A DNA stretch of 63,483 nt, counting the filler, from Lenisia limosa (lineage: Eukaryota > Protista > Breviatea), in the NCBI GenBank assembly GCA_001655205.1. It is 10 parts of 10 records of this genome, joined end to end, with 100 filler letters (N's around TTAATTAATTAA, not from the genome) between each part and the next. Parts side by side here need not be neighbours in the genome. Positions count along the whole stretch, not along the records: positions 1 to 26,020 come from LPNZ01009130.1; 9 more parts are not named here. One strand, 5' to 3'. This document shows, piece after piece, positions 1 to 13,446 of this stretch. The notes below the pieces were generated by a model. The model saw only the letters and a list, made by a program, of their open reading frames with translations. It searched no databases and was not told the DNA's origin. The number at the start of each line of letters is the position of its first letter. Position 1 is the first letter of the stretch. Made by a program: the position numbers and the translations under genes.

Positions 1-191
1 TCGTTGTGTACTATATTATACCACATATTGCAGACGAGAAAAAAAAAAAGTTGTATCTGGCCTAAGCCATGAGTATATAGTACATACCATATGATTTTTT
101 TTATCCTATTTATGTTATAATACACTGTATGATATATGATGATATAATAGTACAAATGTATAATAGAATAATATCCTTTTTTACTGTGTAG

Positions 192-3100
192 GATGTTTAC
201 GATAACCCGAAGAACACTTGCGTTGCCAGGCTCGCCTACAACATTGTAAGCACTATGATATTATACCCCCCCCCCCCNNNNNNNNNNNNNNNNNNNNNNN
301 NNNNNNNNNNNNNNNNNNNNNNNNNNNNNNNNNNNNNNNNNNNNNNNNNNNNNNNNNNNNNNNNNNNNNNNNNNNNNNNNNNNNNNNNNNNNNNNNNNNN
401 NNNNNNNNNNNNNNAAACTTGCCATCACTGCCTATGGCATCAACGTACGTGTGGCGTGAGCTGTTTCCTCATGATATTTGACCTGGTACTCTCTGGCCCT
501 CGTGTTTTCATTGAAAACGGCATTTGTGCATAGTGTTTAACTTTTGCCGATAAAGTATCAATAGCTTTCGAAGATTCGTCGAGGTATTTCGTCTTTTGCG
601 CGAAGCGTGCTATTTGTGCACTTTGCGGGACTCTGATGGAGTAGATTGACGTGAAGGGCTATAACACAGTTGAACGCGTGTTGCAGGAGTATGGGGGTAC
701 TGGATGTTGTGCCCTCAGTTTGCATTTGTTATTATTGCATGATGGGATCCATTCTCACCCCCTAGGGTTCTGGCCGTCTTCGAGACGCTCGACATCCAAG
801 AGGGACGTTTCAAGGCCGTCAAGGTGGGCATTTAGTGGATAGGAACCCGGCTGCTTCTCCATTATTTTCTGGCAAACACTATTGAATCGACTCCTCAAAT
901 ACCCATCCCCAGGACAGGGTGAGAAGAGACAGCGCTAACTTCTTCAATGAGGCCGCGCACGGACAGGCTATCTACCACCTGTCTCGGGTGCTGCAGGAGC
1001 CCAGGTGCGTGCCCAGCCCAATATCACCTTCAATGTCTAAAGGTTCATCACTCACTTTTTGCCCAGATACAAAGTTGAGGATTACGCCGCCGTTATTGAC
1101 AGCGTTCAACAAAGCGAAGTGGAGGCCTTCCTTGAGACACTCAACCTCAGAGTAGGCCAAGTGATGTTGGACGTCAACCAAGAATGAAACCATATCAGGT
1201 GCCCATCACTCTCTGTCACACTTTAGGCCTACCTCAAGATGCTGGTTTGCGGCAATTTCACGAAGGAGGAAGCGCAAAACATGATGGATGCGACTCTGTC
1301 CAAACTTCGAGTCAAAGTTTGCAAAGGGGTTGGACGAACTGAGATATGTTCTGTGATGGGGGGTCTGGCCTTGTGAGAATACTACACAATTTGTCCCGAT
1401 ATTGTATATCATATGATTGTTCAATGTTAGACCCCAGGATCTTTTTATTCACAGTTTTAACCCTTTCAGATAGGGTCGGAACCGGAATTACCTCATCTCA
1501 AAGTTGTTGATGTTCCTCCCAAGGTTGGGGGCATTCTATTTGGTTAATCTTTTGGTATTTTGGAATACTGCTTTTCCCCACCTCTCAGAGTTACCTGAGC
1601 TCTTTTTCAATTGTTTGTTATTTTGTTTCCAAACTTTTGTGTATATCTCTGCTTAGGGAGTTGCTTATTCCTACCCCCACCGATGTTGGAAGAGTCACAG
1701 TTTAGGCCACCTTGGTGTATCAGCAGCCGTCTCTCAATGAAAATTCGGAAAACTCTGCCGTTCTGATCTACTATCAAACATCAAATGCGGTGCGTCTCTG
1801 TTTATTCTTCACTCCTCCGCTTTGTACCCCTTCCCTCCGCTATTAGTAACACCTATATGATATATACTATGTACATATTTCGGTGTTTTGCTCCTTGATT
1901 TTATTTTGTCATCAACAGTGCTCTTGTATTTAAATCTCCCCCAGCCATATAATACCGCCAGGACATCCAGTCAGCAGCTTTCGAGTTGGTTCTCAAGACT
2001 GTATTGGAAGAGCCTGCCTTCAATATCCTCAGAACTCAGAAGCAACTGGGCTATATCGTTTTTCACTGTGGGGGGTACAACAGGACTGGAGTTATTTGTA
2101 CCCTATATCGATATATGTTCATATCATGATATATGTTGTTGTTCACCTTAGTTATTGGTGGGTTCCCACCCCCTCTATTCGTATGGATGCTACAGTCCAG
2201 ATTTTTCATCCCAATAGCGTCGCATCGATTGGAGTCTGTTCGAGGCCTTTGGTTCTTAGTCCAGTCCTGTAGGCACAGTGTACTTCCCCCCTTCGTACCT
2301 TTGTCAATTTCATTTTGTGTCGTCTGCTTTACTCCCGAAGCGATTGTGCTGGGCGTGTTGCTTGTGTGTTTCCCAAATGCTACCCAACAGAGTGGATTCT
2401 GGGTTTTATTTCATACATTTTCCATTTTTACCCCTTCTAGCTAACTACAACTGTGACCGCCTGCAGGAGGAAATGGTAGAGTTTGTCGCCAATATGAGGT
2501 GGGCGTTGTAACGCGATTGATTGTTACGTGACATTTTGTTACTGCTGATAGTTGCACTCTTAATACTACGATAGAGAAACAGTGGCAGCGCTGCCCCTGG
2601 AGGAGTTCGAACTGTACAAGGAATCTGTCGTTGAGGAACTGAAAATTAAGGAAAAGAACATCTTTGAGGTTTGCTAATGGGAGTAAATAACCAGATTTGG
2701 GAATTGAACTGAAAAAATGCGTTTTATTCTAACATAGCGGCTGGCTCAAGATAAAGTATTAGTGGCTGGTTCAAGATAAAGTAGTAGTGGCTGGTTCAAG
2801 GTATTAGCATAGTATTAAATCACCCGATTATTTAGCATAGTATTAAATCACCCGATTATTTATCCGTATTCCAGCTTTGATCACCCTTGTATGTTTTGTT
2901 TTGGAACCTGAGTTGATTGTACTTTATTTCTAAATTAATCCACTTTCACACCCGCCAGGAAGCCCGAGTGTGGTGGACCGAAATTGAAAGCGGCGACCGA
3001 ATTTTTGACCGCAGTAGGCCGGGCCGAATTGAGTGGCCTTGTCTAATCTTGGTTTCAATTATGGGTCAATGAAGATTAATTTAACTTATGTACTGTATAT

Positions 3101-3593
3101 ACTCCAAAATTTACAGTACAAGGTGAAGCTCAGTGTATTTCAAGTTGAATTATATCTTGTCTTCACCTTGCAGCTCAACAAGCTGTGAAGGCTGCAGAAA
3201 AGATGACCAAAGACGACCTTCTTGCACTCTTTGATAAGACCTATGGAGATGTGGGTGGGCCTGTTGTATGGAGATGTGGGCCTGTTCTCTTTCCTGAACT
3301 CAGATCAGTTCTCAGTGTATCTCTTAATTGAACTGCTTCAGGAACAGAAGAGAATTACGATCCGAGTAGAGGCCCACAAGCATGGTGAAACAAGTGGGTT
3401 CTCCTGATGATTAGACATGATGGATTGCCAGAGAATCGTGATTGTAATATTATGATAATATGGTCATACTAGTTGAGGTGACAGCATCCTTTATCTTTCC
3501 TCTATTCCCATCACCAAAACAGCCCCTTCAGGCGCGATATCACTGGAGGAGTTTAAGGCTGCCCAGACTTTCTTCACTCCGCACCACCACTAG
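192..3593 (+). CDS. IDE: Insulin-degrading enzyme / M16A zinc peptidase, C-terminal part, multi-exon; the 5' part lies upstream of the window
   Basis: Canonical GT-AG exons splice to IDVKGYN.., RRDSANFFNEAAHGQAIYHLSRVLQEP, AYLKMLVCGNFTKEEA, NSAVLIYYQ, EEPAFNILRTQKQLGYIVF, EARVWWTEI..IFDR, ending TAG at 3591-3593. These match the IDE C-terminal motifs (EPxFNxLRTxEQLGYIV). Confidence 0.9.
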
Positions 3594-3725
3594 ATGTCTG
3601 TTTTTTATGAATGCCTCTTATTAACAAATGGACAGTTGTATTGTTGACCTGTATTTGCTGTAAATTTGTAGTAGCAACTTGTTGCAAAGGAGGAATAAAA
3701 ATACCACGAGAGTCTATTGAAACGT

Positions 3726-6399
3726 CTAATAAAGCGAGTGCCACACTTTGGTGTTCTCAAACTGCTCATGGTTTTCTTCAGCAAAAGTCTGGGCCACAAG
3801 CAGTGGGAAGGCCAAAGTCGCCTCCGAATAGACCTGTGGGGTCAATGGGTAAGCATGGGGATATTCGTTACAAGCGCCAGTCACCTTGACGGGCTTGGCG
3901 TCGATCTTGATCTTGCCCCAGGAAATCGCCTCATCGGGCCTGGCTCCAGCATCCGAACCGTCAAACTCTTGCGCCGTATTGACAAGGACGGCAAAATCCG
4001 AGCCTGACAGTGTCAAATCAGGCCTTTTCTCCCACATGCCCCCACAGACCATTCCTCATAAGATTGGCGTTCATGATGTGGTGTTTGACTAATCCTCCTC
4101 CAAGGATAATCACGCCCGTTTTGTATGCTTTCACGGCCTCATTGTTCATTCTGGAGGGGAGTGGGGTGAGGTCTTCGGAGACTGAAAATTGGTACAAAGA
4201 GTTGCCTTGGAATTTGTTTACCACATCTTCATACTACATTCCAATATCATACCGAAGTGAAAAAAAGGTATGTTTCTGTTGAAGCCGTTCACCATACATA
4301 CCATATCATTGTTCTCTTCTTAATAATATCAAGCCCACCTCCTGATATCCTCAATAATATCAAGTCGGAGTTGCTTCTCCGTAGCGTAGGTGTTGAAATA
4401 GAGCATGTCTCCAATGGAGCCGTCTGTGAGAGCCGGGCTGTATACTGGGATGTTGTTCTGAGGGAAAGTGAATGGCGTACATATAGTATGAGGGTTTCAA
4501 ACAGTTCACTTGTGGAAAATTATCTTATCAAAAAAAAAGACACATACCCCATATTTGTATACCCACCTTGTAGCACCAGTAGTAAACTGAGTCTTCATTG
4601 TCGATTTCTTTGCCGAGACGGTGAATCATTTTCGAGGGCGTCCAGTTGACTCCCTAAGAATCAATAGGAATAACGGATTGGAATTGCTAGGTTGAAAGTC
4701 TCTGATGTTACAACAATATTGAGCCTGTTTGTCAACTATCACTCTGGCCTTACCCAGACTCTATATTTCATTCCACCCCTCACGTCTTCTTCCTGTTCCT
4801 TCAGCATCTGGTTGAAGATAGGAACAATCCACTCCTGGAACTTGCAGTAGTTGCCATTGGGTACCTAAATCTGATGACCAGAATGCCAATCACCGCCCAG
4901 TTTGGTCAGCGATCAGTACAGATCACTTCCGAGTGAATGAGAACAACTATTTCCACTACTCACAAGCATGTTTCCGATTCTGTTGACTCCCTTGTCTCTA
5001 AGGTCCTAAATAATCACATCGGTGTCCACCCCAGAATTTGGATAAACAGTAGCACTTCATATGTTTAGCAAACCTTTCCCTTCATCGCAAAGTCGCCCAT
5101 ATAGGTGTTCCCGAGGCATTTGATGAAGTCCTCTTCCACTCCGCCGGCCGTAGTCACAATGACGTCTACCTGCCAGGTCAGAAATAATCAACTGTTTCGG
5201 CGGAACAATAAGCTTTGCATTACCACCTTTGCGTGACGATGGATTCGGCCCGTCATTTTGCGTTCTCGGATTTAATGAATAACACACACCCACCATTTTG
5301 TTTTTAGCCAGGTATCTGAAGGTCTCACGGGTGCCCGCTGAAATGAGATTTGAGGTGTACCCCAGGAAGATCTTGGCTCGATATTTCGACCTTTCCTCCT
5401 TATCCTGGGGTGGGGGGTGGGTGAAACATGGGTGTCAATAGGGAAAAAAAATCAACTCTATTGCCAAAACATTGAAGCATACAGGAAGGCTTGCAAGCAT
5501 CTAATGATTTTGACCCCTCCCTCCCACTTGGATGTCATCATCAGGCTTAACTGGCTGGTCGGAGAGCCTCCATTTACGCTAAAGAGTTATGGTGATTGCA
5601 ATTTTAAAAAAGACCATATGAGGCTGTAATGAAAAAAGATGTTTATATTTTTTAGAAACTCTGTACTTTGAATTGTTCAACACCACTGCATATTCATAAA
5701 CTCGCCACACACATGAACCCCGTATCTCATAGAACTCTAAAAAGCGGCACTACTCGGTATCTCAAATTTCAGGCAAGCCAACAAAGGATACCCCCACCAT
5801 TTCTTTGATAGTATTGACGGCTTGGCCGAAAGAGGAGGCTTGGAAGCCCGAGTGTAGATAAGACTCAAGAAGAGCCTTGTAGTCGACTTGTCCGTCTTTC
5901 ACTCCCTGTTGGCTTAGCTTTGACTCTTTTGATGAATATATATTATAACATATGATATATGATACATAATTAAAGCATCGATGTTTAGGGGATCACTCCC
6001 ACCTCATCCCAGTTGAAACCCTTGATCACAGGAGTTCCCTCGGGGATTTCACCCATTTTGGACAAGACGGCCTGGGCGGAAACATCCGGCACTCCTTGGT
6101 ACAATCAATCATCATAAAAACAATCATATCCAAGTGGGGGTAGGCATCATTTTGTTACCTCTTAATCCCCTATTGTAAAGAAACGTTAAACATTAAAATA
6201 AAAAATCAAATGGAAAAGACATTGCAAACCAATGAGAGTATCATCATCCCACAATCTTGTAAAAAGAGATAAGAGACAACTCAGAGATTCAGAGAAACTT
6301 CTTACGATTTTGAAACAATATGTATGATCAACTGTCAAGGCTATAATTCTATGGCCCAAGATAGGGGTGGCTCATCAGACCTTCTTTGTAGTCAGACAT
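3726..6399 (-). CDS. DHPS: Deoxyhypusine synthase, multi-exon
   Basis: ATG at 6399 (MSDYKE|[11 protein letters not shown]..). Exons include [81 protein letters not shown] and [17 protein letters not shown] stop at 3726. Confidence 0.95.
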
Positions 6400-6739
6400 G
6401 ATCAACTGCTCAATGCAAGGGGGCTTTGGTCGCGGCTTGTTCTCGGCTAGTTCCAATTAAAAAGCTCAAACACACAGAATAAACAGGGTGAGAGGTAAAA
6501 GAGCGCTTTTCCCTTTTTCCAAAATGAAACCCAAAATGAAACTACGGTGGCGGCGGACTTTGGTGTGCTGCTCCCAAAATTGCCAAATTGCCCAGAAACC
6601 CAGAAATTGCCCTCTTTTCCCCATCATTTTTTTTTTTTTTTGTTTGGATGATCATAGTTGGATCTTATTATGTAAAGTGACCAAAAGTTGAGTCACCTCC
6701 CCCTCCTCCCCCTTCCTTTCAATCTTTCAAGGTAATAAA

Positions 6740-9700
6740 ATGGAAATACCGAAATTTTGGCTTGCTGCCATAATTGCGTTCTTCCTATTCACCACCTTCA
6801 CAGTAATTAATGTGAGGGGGTAGCAGAGTGAGACAAATGAGTTGGTTACTTCGGTCTTTGGTTTATGCAGTCTTCTTGTATTCTCACCTCATTGTTCAGA
6901 CTTCCCCTAAAAAGTACTCATTTGAGCCCAATAGCGGAAGTTGGAGGATAATTTTGTTTTTTTGCGGGGGTGTTATTATTTTATGTTCTTACAGTAATTG
7001 GATGAATGTTTGGTTTCTTGTCAGTTAATACTGTTTTTGAAAAGTCACGTCCATGGATTGAAACCAGAGGATTTGAATAGGAAATTTTATTAACGCCACA
7101 GTCAATGGGACCAACACAGACGACTCCTCCCCGCACAAAGGCGCCACTTCAGAGGTATTGGACCGTACTGTTTTATATGAGCTGTTTCAATTTGCTATTT
7201 CCTGAGAGGAAGGTAAATATTTCATATTATCGATATTGTTTCCTTTTTCGACAATTTAAACTCTTCTTAATTTCCGTTTCAATCTTATGAAACAATTGTG
7301 ATTGTTTGTAGACAGGGCAGGATCTCGAAGAAAGCAGTACCGTTCCCATTGAGGACACACCATCGTCTTCACCACTAGAACCCTCGGGCGCCTCCACCAG
7401 TTCTGACACTGCTCCTGCTGACTCATCGATAAGTTCTGAGACACCTCCCTCAGAAGATTTTCCCATAGGTGAGCAAAGCATCTTGAAACGGAAACACAAA
7501 AGGGTCTGCCAATATAGCATAGTATCTCATAGTGTAATATATTTATCGATATATCATTGGTCATTACTTAATTTCATTGTCGATATTTCACATATCTCCT
7601 AGAAGTGAATCTTAAATGAATATAAATGCAAGAAAATTGATCATAATATTGATATAATCGCAGGTGATCATGCAAAACTCACGCTACGACCGCATTATTA
7701 CCCTGCCGCCACCGGTGATATCACTTTCGGGCCCCCACAGCCGAATTCGGATTCAGGGTAGGATGGTGAAGGACGGGCTGATTCCTTTATTATCTATTTC
7801 TACAAACAATGTGGTGTGATATTTGACCACGTTATACACATTTTAGCAAGGAGTTTGTCTGCAACCCTCTGGACAAGGAGTTCCTCCCTGGTTTGTTTGG
7901 AGTACATAAGTATATGTTATAGGATATGATATACCCTCATATACTATGACATCGAACACCCATGCCTGTAACACCCATAGGTATTAAAGCACTTTTTGGT
8001 AACCACAAAGCTGGTGACGGTACTACCCCCTCCGTAGATAAAAACGTGAGTGCGAATATGTGAGACAATCATTACAGTTCTGGTATTCTTCTCTTTTATA
8101 AAACAATCATTACAGTTCTGATATTCTCTTTTATAATATCTCCAATGTTTTCTCTGTCACATTTGACGTTCCAGCTTCCTCCCCCCAAAACGAAGTACAT
8201 GCAAGGCATGGATGAGGCTCTTGCGTCTCGCAAAGATGTTTTAGGAGAAACCCTCCGCAAATACAATGAGAAGCATGGAAGTGAGTGGTTGCCGATGTTT
8301 TGTTGCTCGTCGAGTTGTTTTCAACTTGTTTAGCTTGCCTCCAGTAATATTCATTATTCCAATGTTTAGTTTTGTTGACAACCCAGCATCCCTCTCATCT
8401 TATTTTGTTGACAACCCCCCGCACATTCTCAAGATCGTTGTGGAGTGTGCAGGGCGACGTTACACTCCCAATATTTATCCAGGACTTCAGAAAGTAGGAT
8501 GCTATTGTTATTTAGCGTGATGGTGTGGAGGGCTTCGGCCAGATACAACCTTATTTTTCATTTTTCTACTTTACAATGAAATTCTCCATAATATTATGGT
8601 ATTTCTACTATTAGGGTATTTCTGATTATTTTCTCAGACTAACTCCCATAGATGATGACAAAAGGAGATGATGGGATCCATGCATTCAATTTCCCCTATG
8701 TAAGATTTTTTCGTCATTTCCTTATTTGTTACTTTTCTGACATGTACTTATGAATTATTATATATCACTCCTACCCTCACCATTGCAGTATCATCGTAGC
8801 CAAGCCGGCAACTCGTTTATCAATCGAAACGCCCTCCTCACCGGGCTTGAAATCACAGGATGGGTGGATAAGGTGGCATGGGGGGGGGGGTGCCATATTA
8901 TTGGATATTGAGAGAACTTCCAAATAAGGCAATTCTTAACTCTTTAGGCTGGCCTCACTCTTGCACAACCAGTAACCATCGGGACGTTGGGGCCCGATTT
9001 TGTTGTTCGTCCAACAAATAGCGTGGGACTTTTTTTTGTTTTGTTTCAAAACCTCGCTGATCTTCCTTGATTATCTTCGCAGGACACATACGCCATGGAC
9101 GACTACGTGAAGAACCACCACTCTACTGANNNNNNNNNNCGCTTCATATGTGGCTCTGAAGCCTTATCATGCTAATAACCCCCAGTTCAGACACGGAATG
9201 AAAGACCAGGTATGTTTGGAGTTTTCAATGGTCCTTGTTTCACCAGGACAGTCGCCACCATTCTCCTTACACATTACTTTTTGACCCCTTTCAGTACTGT
9301 GACGTCTATGAAGACATCGGCAAGATCCCCCAACGACAGACTTTTGCCTACACCTATGTCAAGAGGCACGCCAAGGCGGGCAGACCTGTCTTTTCGCAGT
9401 TCCATGTAGGCTAAGCTGGGCAGAAATATTTCTTATAAGCGTGATGGTGCGGATGACTTCTGCCAGAAACTCCTTTTTTCTTTCTCATTTCTTGGCATCA
9501 CTCTTATGATGATATTGTTTTCTCACGAAAACAGATTTTTCAAGGACATCAGCCTAAAGTCCAAAAGTGCTGTCTTGGTGAAGATGATGTGGGTGGCTTC
9601 TTGAGTAAACCTTAACACTCAAAACTACTTTCATTGAGTTTATCCTCTTGAATTTCGTATGACGATTTAGGCCACCACCGGGTTGATCAAACAGATGTAC

Positions 9701-12132
9701 AAGGACGCCAAGGAGGGAGGATACCCCTTGATCACTGTGATCGTTGGTGATCATGGGATCCATCTCGGCAGCTTTTTCATGTCCGAGCCGGGTGGGGAGT
9801 AGGTGAAGCAATACATTGACTTTTTTTTTTTGGTTGCTCATCCTCTAGGCGTCAGTGACCACGACAACCCAGCCTTTTCAGTACTTCTATCCGACGACGT
9901 TGTGGAGCACTATCCCGAACTGGCGTGGGTGTTCCGGTCTTGTATCCCGAACTGGCGGGTGTTCGGTATCCCGCTTTTTTTCTCATTGTTACCTTGTAGG
10001 CAAAGTCTGAAGCACAACACTGCAGGTATTGTTCTCCCTCGTGACATCAACAAAACCATCAGGTTTGGCTGGACCCATCCTTTGAGCAAAAGCTAAAAAC
10101 GTGTTGCTGGTATAAAAAATAATATTGGGCAATCCCTCTTTTGCCATTAAACCCTTTTAGAAATCTTGGGGCCTACCCCCTCACTCTCCATGACACCCGC
10201 ATGAACTCATCATTTTACAAAAATGTGAGTATCTTGGTTGAATAAACTGTATTTTCTGAGACATTTTACGTGATGGTTGTGTCTACCATGCTCTTTGTTT
10301 TGAGCGCACATTCAGGTGGCACAACCCCCTGATTCTGTAGATCAACCAGAACCTGCTTGCCAAAATTCCTCATAGAACGTGAGTGGTTCTCTCTGGGTTT
10401 CTCATTCGCCTAAAATTCCCAATTTGTCTCCTCCCCACCCCTGTTTACGCCGTAGATGCAATGAGGCAGGTATCTTCAATGAATTCTGTGTCTGCAGCAA
10501 CACTGGTATCATGGACGGCAGAGACCCCGTAAGCCGGTGTTCAACATTTCTTGACCCCCCCCCCACCCTGGTTCTGGATTCTCCCTCAAATTCCGATTGT
10601 CAGCGCCATTGTTCTGACTTGCAGATGCCGAAGGATCATCGATTCGGTCCAGTCGACTATGAACTACCGATTGCGGCCGAAGACGGGACAATACCTGCTA
10701 CGTGGGTTGCGTGTTCGCTCGCTTTATGTAATATTCTCTGCATCTTCCGTCACACTGCATTGACATTTATGGTATTGTATTGTGTGCCCCAACACACCAC
10801 TCACCCCCACCAGCCCAACACAATATTCTCCTGAACACCCCAAAGACTTTGCTGGTTACGGCCCAAAACACGAGCTACAGAGCTTCGAAATTGCGGTGAG
10901 TCTTCTGCATTCTCTATTATCACATTATATAATTATGCTCTATTATCTTAGAACGGGCTTAGGCCAGGTACAACCAAGGTGAATATGTCCCTTACTCCCT
11001 CCCCCAGGATGCTACACGAGAGACCAGACTGGCTTTCTACCGATTTATTAAACCGGTATTAACTGGGGTTGTGTCTATCCAAATATCAGTTTAAATTTTC
11101 TTCTTTTTGCTACCTGTTTTTTTACAAGAGTGGAATCACTCAAATACATGCGTCTTCTACCTGCTTATGCCACAATTCGCATTTGGACATTGTATTGTTT
11201 AATCTCTGACTTGGCAGCTTCTTAGCTCGCCAGATGTAACGAACGTTTGTGAACTGACCCCCAGCATCCGATTCGAGGCCATGAAGTTCTCATAGTGGGG
11301 GCCATGAAGTTCTCATAGTGGGGGCCATGAATTTCTCATAGTGGGGGCCATGAAGTTCTCATAGTGGGGGGTATGAAATCATATGCTCACATCCTTCAGT
11401 GATAAGCTCACCAATTTCGGCCAGTTGGCAACACCAATTATCCGAGAGGTACGCAGACTCGCCTGTTTTTCTATTGTGTATCTTTATTTTTACCTGGGGT
11501 TCTTTACTGATGAAATGGTTCGAGCCTACGCAGATATTTTTCTCTGTTCTCCCATATACAAGGCAGTTCACCAACCTGCAGGTGTACCACTCGCTGTTTT
11601 GGACGGAAAAGCGCAACGGTCGGGCCCTGAACAACCCCCCCGTCTACAACGCCTACGCCACTTACGTCAATCCTAACCAGGTTCGCCAATTGCATGGATG
11701 AGGGTTTCGATTTTTCACTCCATTCATATTTCCTATTTCTTTCAAATGATCTGACGATCCAGGTCTTTTCCGGCCCCGAGGCCGAGCAGGAGGAGTGGAC
11801 ACGTCTCTTCGAAAGACTCAAATCTGTAAGTCGTGAAATTAAATTGTATATCAAAATTGGTTGTTAAATCAGTTCATCTTGTTTGTCAGTGATGGACAAG
11901 GATTTTGAATTTCTGTCTCAGCATCACCCCCCCCCCCTAGAAAGAAGGTGAGCTCACGATGTACGATGCCAAGCAGCTGACCTACTATTTCGGGTATGTG
12001 GCTTGTGAGGTTTTTGTGGTTGATCTTTACGCATTGCCATTTCACACCACTCCCTCCAGGGACGTGACGTGTATTCATGGCAGTAAAGTGTCCCTCGCAA
12101 TTGAGTACTGTGTCTGCAAGAGCAAGGCATAG
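6740..12132 (+). CDS. Secreted or type II membrane protein, DUF229-like (alkaline phosphatase/sulfatase superfamily), roughly 25 exons
   Basis: N-terminal hydrophobic segment MEIPKFWLAAIIAFFLFTTF, then a Ser/Pro-rich stalk, then FINRNALLTG, VIVGVSDHD, HYPELAQSLKHN and KIPHRTCNEAGIFNEFCVC. The last resembles the DUF229 C-terminal IPxxRTCxxAGIxxxxCxC motif. A further C-terminal region ends EYCVCKSKA-TAG at 12130-12132. The exon near 8400-8500 is unresolved. Confidence 0.6.
8517..8578 (-). repeat. Dispersed repeat family B, representative copy
   Basis: Core AAATAAAACAAGGTTGTATCTGGCCGAAGCTGTCCACACCATCACGC. Other copies near 40-70, 9433-9490 (-), 39250-39330, 52403-52440 (-), 54515-54565, 55165-55250, 55895-55960, 56449-56520. 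Confidence 0.8.
11278..11369 (+). repeat. Intronic tandem repeat, 4 x 23 bp
   Basis: Unit GCCATGAAGTTCTCATAGTGGGG. Confidence 0.95.
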
Positions 12133-12774
12133 GTTGCCTTAGTCCTGGTTTCATTTTTCTTCCATGTAATAGCGTATTCTTTCTTAATCATTGGGTCTTG
12201 AGGGTCTAATCTTTTTATCGATGGCTTGGTTAGATTTGGTTGGTGGCGAAAATTTTGGGTTTTCTCTGGACACCTTTTATCCCATATTACTATTGAACGT
12301 TTCTCTTTTGCTTTTTCTGCACGTTATTGCTTAAAAGCAGAGAAGCAGCAAGAAACAGTGGGCTAATAAGATGGTATATTATACCTCAAAGTCACCACTC
12401 TCGATAATGGTGATGAACATGTTACATAGGGTACCACCGCCTTGGGGCACCATTCCATTGCCATGCCATGGTTGCTGGGGCCACACTAGTACACTGGTAG
12501 TTGCACTGGCACAGAGGTACAGAGGTACTGAGTCAGTGTAGTCTGAGGTTGTGCGAGTCGGCACCGCGTCTCCAGTTTTTAGAATTACATCCTACTATAC
12601 TAATATTTGGTATATAGTGGCGGGTGACCCGAGAAGGCACACAACATTCCACCAATCCACTAAATGTAGTTCAGAGATTGGATTTTATTTTTTTATTTAT
12701 TCCTTTTTTTTTTTCCCCCCTCTCTCCTTCCCCGAGCCGGGCTATTCATGTGGTTAGACGTGGGAACCTCTCTC

Positions 12775-12923
12775 CAAGGGGCTGAGACTCCCAGAAAAGG
12801 GGGTGCGGATTTAGTAGGGTTCCATTGATCTTAACGTTGATCTCATGATGATCGTAATGATCTTTGAAGTAATCTCAAGTTGATCGATGATCGTTTGTTT
12901 TTCTGGGAGCTTCAAGCCCCTTG
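12775..12923. mobile_element. hAT-like MITE (family G), 149 bp
   Basis: Terminal inverted repeats (TIRs) CAAGGGGCTGAGACTCCCAGAAAA / TTTTCTGGGAGCTTCAAGCCCCTTG. Perfect 8-bp TSD CCTCTCTC at 12767-12774 and 12924-12931. Internal TGATC repeats. Confidence 0.85.
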
Positions 12924-13446
12924 CCTCTCTCTCAGCCCTATCACAGCCCTATTGCCTATTATTACACTAAGGAAGCTAAGAAGAAACAAACAAATGCAAA
13001 CAAACGCACTATTAGCCAAAATGAGCTCTTGATCCTGGTCCTTTGACCTTGATCTCTTGTTCCTTATTCCCTACCTGGAGCTGCACAGCTTGTTCGATCC
13101 TACATCCCGTACCTGTATCTTTAAGTTTACTTCTCAATCGGTGAGCAGTCAAATTTCCCTCTTCCTCTCTTGAGGAATAAGGTTGTTATATATTTGTGTT
13201 CTTCTTTCAAAGTAGTTTCCACCCCAATGCAGGTGGCCGAAGAGGAATAATAATAATATATGGACATTGATTTCTTTGAGAGGGTTTGCTTTCATTTTGA
13301 GTGCCATCCCATCGATGTAGAGTATTTCAGGCTTATTACTTGTATTTTTATTTTTATTTTTGTTTTCAAACCCGCAGGGGTGTTGCTATATTCGCATGTT
13401 CATCCCCGCCCACACATTTCCTTCATATTTTACAGAGCAGACGAGT

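Noticed and set aside
972-1424. Minus-strand ORFs 972-1193 and 1206-1424 as nested genes
   Set aside because: They are antisense shadows of IDE exons (YKVEDYAAVIDSV.., AYLKMLVCGNF..).
11278-11369. CRISPR-like array
   Set aside because: The units are contiguous with no spacers, the context is a eukaryotic intron, and there are no cas genes. The same applies to the other tandem repeats.
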